Positions 17,368 through 20,537 of a stretch of DNA of 20,537 nucleotides are shown here, piece by piece. The notes beneath the pieces are model-generated. The model was not told where the DNA came from, did not search any database, and saw only the letters and a list, made by a program, of their open reading frames with translations. Source of the stretch: Promethearchaeota archaeon (GTDB lineage Archaea > Asgardarchaeota > Lokiarchaeia > Sigyniarchaeales > SOKP01); assembly GCA_029838195.1 (NCBI GenBank), contig JALGVJ010000054.1:1-20537 (forward strand), given 5' to 3'. Both the position numbers and the translations under genes were made by a program. Within the stretch, counting starts at the first letter, position 1. The number at the start of each line of letters is the position of its first letter.

Positions 17368-18705
17368 ATGAATCAAATGACAGGTAATAATTCCAAAACT
17401 AAAACCAATAATATTCAAAGCAAAAATGAGAACGAAATCAAATTTAAAACAAATTCCCCGCAAATATTTCATGCTTATTTATCTGCTGCTCTTCTGAACG
17501 TGTTAGTCTTAGCGTATTTACCCATTTATTTTTTCAACGTGCTGAACGTAAACCGAACGGAATTGGCTTTCGCTCAATTACTCTCCTATTCCCTATTATT
17601 CATCAAGCCCGTTCTTTCCGTGTACATGGATAAACAAGACAAGCATCCCTCCAAGTTAAAAATCTACTCAATTCTCGGAGCAATGGGTATGATTTTTTTC
17701 TTTTTCATTTCCCTTCTATTTACTCATTTATTACTGCTTTTCGGCATTCTTTTAGGATCATTTTATGCTTTCATGGCTCTCATGGATGTTGCGATTGACA
17801 AATCCATCGTATCTTCAGGCAAGAATGAAAAAACTGCGAGTAAAAATTCGCTCTTGCTCCAACTTGGAGGGCTAATAGGATCAATCCTCACGAATCTTTT
17901 CTTTTTGATCATCATTCAAAACATTCAGTCATTATCCTCATGGAATACTTTCTTTTTAACTTCCTTTCTATTTACCGCTCCCTTGATCCTCATTCTTTTT
18001 TGGTTCAAACCCCAAGCCGCATTTCCAAGATACAATAATGACAAGCAAGCTGATGATTATAATTATACAAATAATAATTATAATAATACCAAAAATACCA
18101 ACAAATTAAATACAAATTCCTTTACCGCAGAATTCTCGACCCGGGATCTTTTTTTAATGTGCTTATTTATTTTCATCTTAAATGCCGAAGAATTATATCA
18201 ATATCCCTTAGAGCCTTGGGCAATTGAACGATTAGGCCCCGAAAACGCATGGATGATTTCCGTATTCTACATTATATTCATCCTCATCAATGCGATTTTC
18301 ATTATTGTAGCTTCAAAATTAACCCACAGAATTCCCTGGAAACTTGCATTATACATTTCAATTTTTTTCTATGCATTCCTTACCATCGTGGCTCCCTGGA
18401 CCACTATATTAACCTTTTTCATTTTGATTGCGATTCAGCAAATTTTTACCTCTTTTATCATGATCTATTATGTCTTGCTCATGATACAAATTTCCGAAAG
18501 AAAAGTGCTTAAATTTCAGATCATGGCCTCATTTGGCATTCTTGGTCGGTTAGTGTTCACGCCTATCGGAACGGCTTTAACAACAGTAATCACGACCGAG
18601 TGGATCATCACCATTGCCGGCATTCTTCAGCTCACGTGCTTGCTGCCCTTATTCTTCATTGGAAAAACAAACGCTATACAATTAATTCAAAATAAGAAAT
18701 CTTAA
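17368..18705 (+). CDS. MFS-type transporter
   Basis: Two bundles of hydrophobic helices (about 12 in all) joined by an Asn-rich loop; FIKPVLSVYMDK and ALMDVAID resemble AmpG/BT1-like MFS motifs. Confidence 0.85.
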   Translation: MNQMTGNNSKTKTNNIQSKNENEIKFKTNSPQIFHAYLSAALLNVLVLAYLPIYFFNVLNVNRTELAFAQLLSYSLLFIKPVLSVYMDKQDKHPSKLKIYSILGAMGMIFFFFISLLFTHLLLLFGILLGSFYAFMALMDVAIDKSIVSSGKNEKTASKNSLLLQLGGLIGSILTNLFFLIIIQNIQSLSSWNTFFLTSFLFTAPLILILFWFKPQAAFPRYNNDKQADDYNYTNNNYNNTKNTNKLNTNSFTAEFSTRDLFLMCLFIFILNAEELYQYPLEPWAIERLGPENAWMISVFYIIFILINAIFIIVASKLTHRIPWKLALYISIFFYAFLTIVAPWTTILTFFILIAIQQIFTSFIMIYYVLLMIQISERKVLKFQIMASFGILGRLVFTPIGTALTTVITTEWIITIAGILQLTCLLPLFFIGKTNAIQLIQNKKS

Positions 18706-18945
18706 CAATATTTTCTAAGCGCATTCGAAAAATGAGTTATAATTAATATAATAAAAATTATTATTATGAAAATTCCAAAAAATAAAAATAAATTAAGTTC
18801 CAAAATTCTTTTTCCTGACTCAAAAAGTTAACTAGAACATTGGGGTGTTTTAAAAAACAAAAGAGATTACTTACTCTTTAATGATTTAAAATCCACGTCA
18901 TATTTGAAAAAATTAACCCTGTATAGACAAGGATTTTTACTTAAC

Positions 18946-19097
18946 ATGACAAAAAAATCTTAAAACGTAAATTTGAACGAGAGATTAAAAAATTCTTATT
19001 ATCTATTAAAAATGGATTATTTTTAGATAATACAATCAAAATCATTGCAGAAAAACCAAATCCATTTTTTTTTTTATATAAATTTAAAAAAAATTAA
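18946..19097 (+). pseudogene. Frameshifted homologue of the 79-aa ORF N-terminus
   Basis: ATG at 18946 is followed by an A7 run; one more A would give MTKKILKRKFEREIKKFLLSIKNGLFLDNTIKIIAE..., 13/17 aa identical to KCKSEREIKRFLFSIKN. Confidence 0.5.
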
Positions 19098-19230
19098 ACT
19101 AAAGAAGAGATTAGTTAATAAGCTATTTTTTCAGGTTTTTTAAAAAGTGAGTAAAATTTAATATCAAAAATTTTTTTTTTAATTTTGCACCATTATTCTA
19201 AATTTAATAATTAAATAACCAAAGTAAAAA

Positions 19231-20469
19231 ATGACATGTAGATTGACATATGATGATATAATTAATTTTGATTATTTAAATAAGGAAGCATGGAAAACTT
19301 ATGTAAAAAATTATATATTTCCTATTTTAAAAATAGCCTTATATTTCAGGGAATTAGAAAAAATTTTAAAGGAAAAGTTCACTGAAAATTTGAAAGAATG
19401 CTTTGATAATAATGAGGAAAATTTACAAACATTTCTTTTAGGAGGAGTTAATGAAAAAGGAGAATTTGAAGGTTATAGCTTAGCTAAATTAGTTAAGTTA
19501 ATTTTTGGTATTGATTTTACGAGAGAAGAATATATTTATTTTAAAAGTTTAGGTGAAAATCCTTTTGAAAAAGAAAATGTAAGATGCGTGTTTGAAGAAA
19601 ACGAGTTTATGAGTTTCATTAATGAAATTATAAAACGAATAAATCCTATTATTAAGTCTTTAAAAATTGATTCACCCCTAATTAGTTCCCAAGAAATAAA
19701 TGAAATAATTAATAATCCTGAAAAAATTTTAGAATTGCTAAAAGATCTCTACACTAATATTCTTAAATTTCATCCTTCGTATAATCAACAAACATTCTTT
19801 GTTAGGAATTTTCATTTAGCACCTCATTTTTATTTACTCCAAGCCTATCCAAGGTTACAATCAAATTTCGAACAACTAGCTGAAAATATTTTAGAATTAG
19901 AACCAAAATTAACTTTTCCGCTCCAAGATGACATGGAAAAAAAAAAGTTTACATTATGGGGATACAAAGAACATGGCTTAGGCTACGCAATTTATTCCTT
20001 ATTAGATTTGATTGAAAAAAAATTTCATAGCTCTTTCGAGTTAATTGATAACTTCATTTTAATAAAAGATCCAATAGATCTCAAAAAGGATTATTTAAAA
20101 CTTATAAAATCAGAGGTTAATCGACATTCTGAAAACTTTAGAAAAAGAAATATTTCTTTTCCTATATTTTTAAACATTGATTTCGGTAAAATTTATATAA
20201 AAGGAAGTTACGATAAAAATAAGCCATATTATTTTGTACTACTAGGGACTACCATAACATATATCAATATTGAGTACCAGAAAAGTACTAAAGGTTACAC
20301 AGAATATAGATGTAATATAGATATTCGAGATTTTATAAATTTAATTGCACCTTACTTATTTCTAGATATTTTAGATTTATTTAGAGTGAGTGAAATTTAT
20401 GAGGCCTATTCATTAACTAGCAATGAACGAAATAATGGTATTTTTTATAAATTTAGCGTGCGAGAGTGA
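19231..20469 (+). CDS. Hypothetical protein
   Basis: 412-aa ATG ORF in very AT-rich DNA; no motif I can assign. Confidence 0.8.
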   Translation: MTCRLTYDDIINFDYLNKEAWKTYVKNYIFPILKIALYFRELEKILKEKFTENLKECFDNNEENLQTFLLGGVNEKGEFEGYSLAKLVKLIFGIDFTREEYIYFKSLGENPFEKENVRCVFEENEFMSFINEIIKRINPIIKSLKIDSPLISSQEINEIINNPEKILELLKDLYTNILKFHPSYNQQTFFVRNFHLAPHFYLLQAYPRLQSNFEQLAENILELEPKLTFPLQDDMEKKKFTLWGYKEHGLGYAIYSLLDLIEKKFHSSFELIDNFILIKDPIDLKKDYLKLIKSEVNRHSENFRKRNISFPIFLNIDFGKIYIKGSYDKNKPYYFVLLGTTITYINIEYQKSTKGYTEYRCNIDIRDFINLIAPYLFLDILDLFRVSEIYEAYSLTSNERNNGIFYKFSVRE

Positions 20470-20537
20470 ATGTTCTTGAAAAAATTAAATTATAAAATAA
20501 AAAAGAAACACAAAATAAAGAGAAAATCGAAAAAAGT

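Noticed and set aside
18030-18120. AAT/AAC-rich low-complexity stretch
   Set aside because: Encodes the Asn-rich central loop of the MFS protein; not a separate element.

Overview
AT-rich, probably archaeal window (an Asgard/Lokiarchaeia-like host is my inference only). Its core is a complete minus-strand type III-A CRISPR interference operon: cas10-csm2-csm3-csm4-csm5, a CARF/HEPN csm6-like effector, then cas6. No cas1/cas2 is present in the window. Facing away from it is a 4.5-kb CRISPR region (37-nt repeat GTAGCATCTGATAAGCCATCATAACAAGGATTGCGAC) made of four tandem sub-arrays (27+8+3+11 repeats, 45 spacers by my count), each with its own copy of one leader. Two leaders are full-length (~333 bp) and two are truncated (136 and 142 bp) and fused to an identically cut repeat. 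A leader dyad motif (GTCGAGC-N32-GCTCGAC) recurs, inverted, upstream of cas10. Csm5 carries a TRAM/OB-like insertion. The left flank has a DUF4145-like HEPN gene, a radical-SAM/amidase pseudogene chimera and a DUF2299 gene. The right flank has a small Cys-rich ORF and a frameshifted homologue of it bracketing an MFS transporter, then a 412-aa hypothetical gene.
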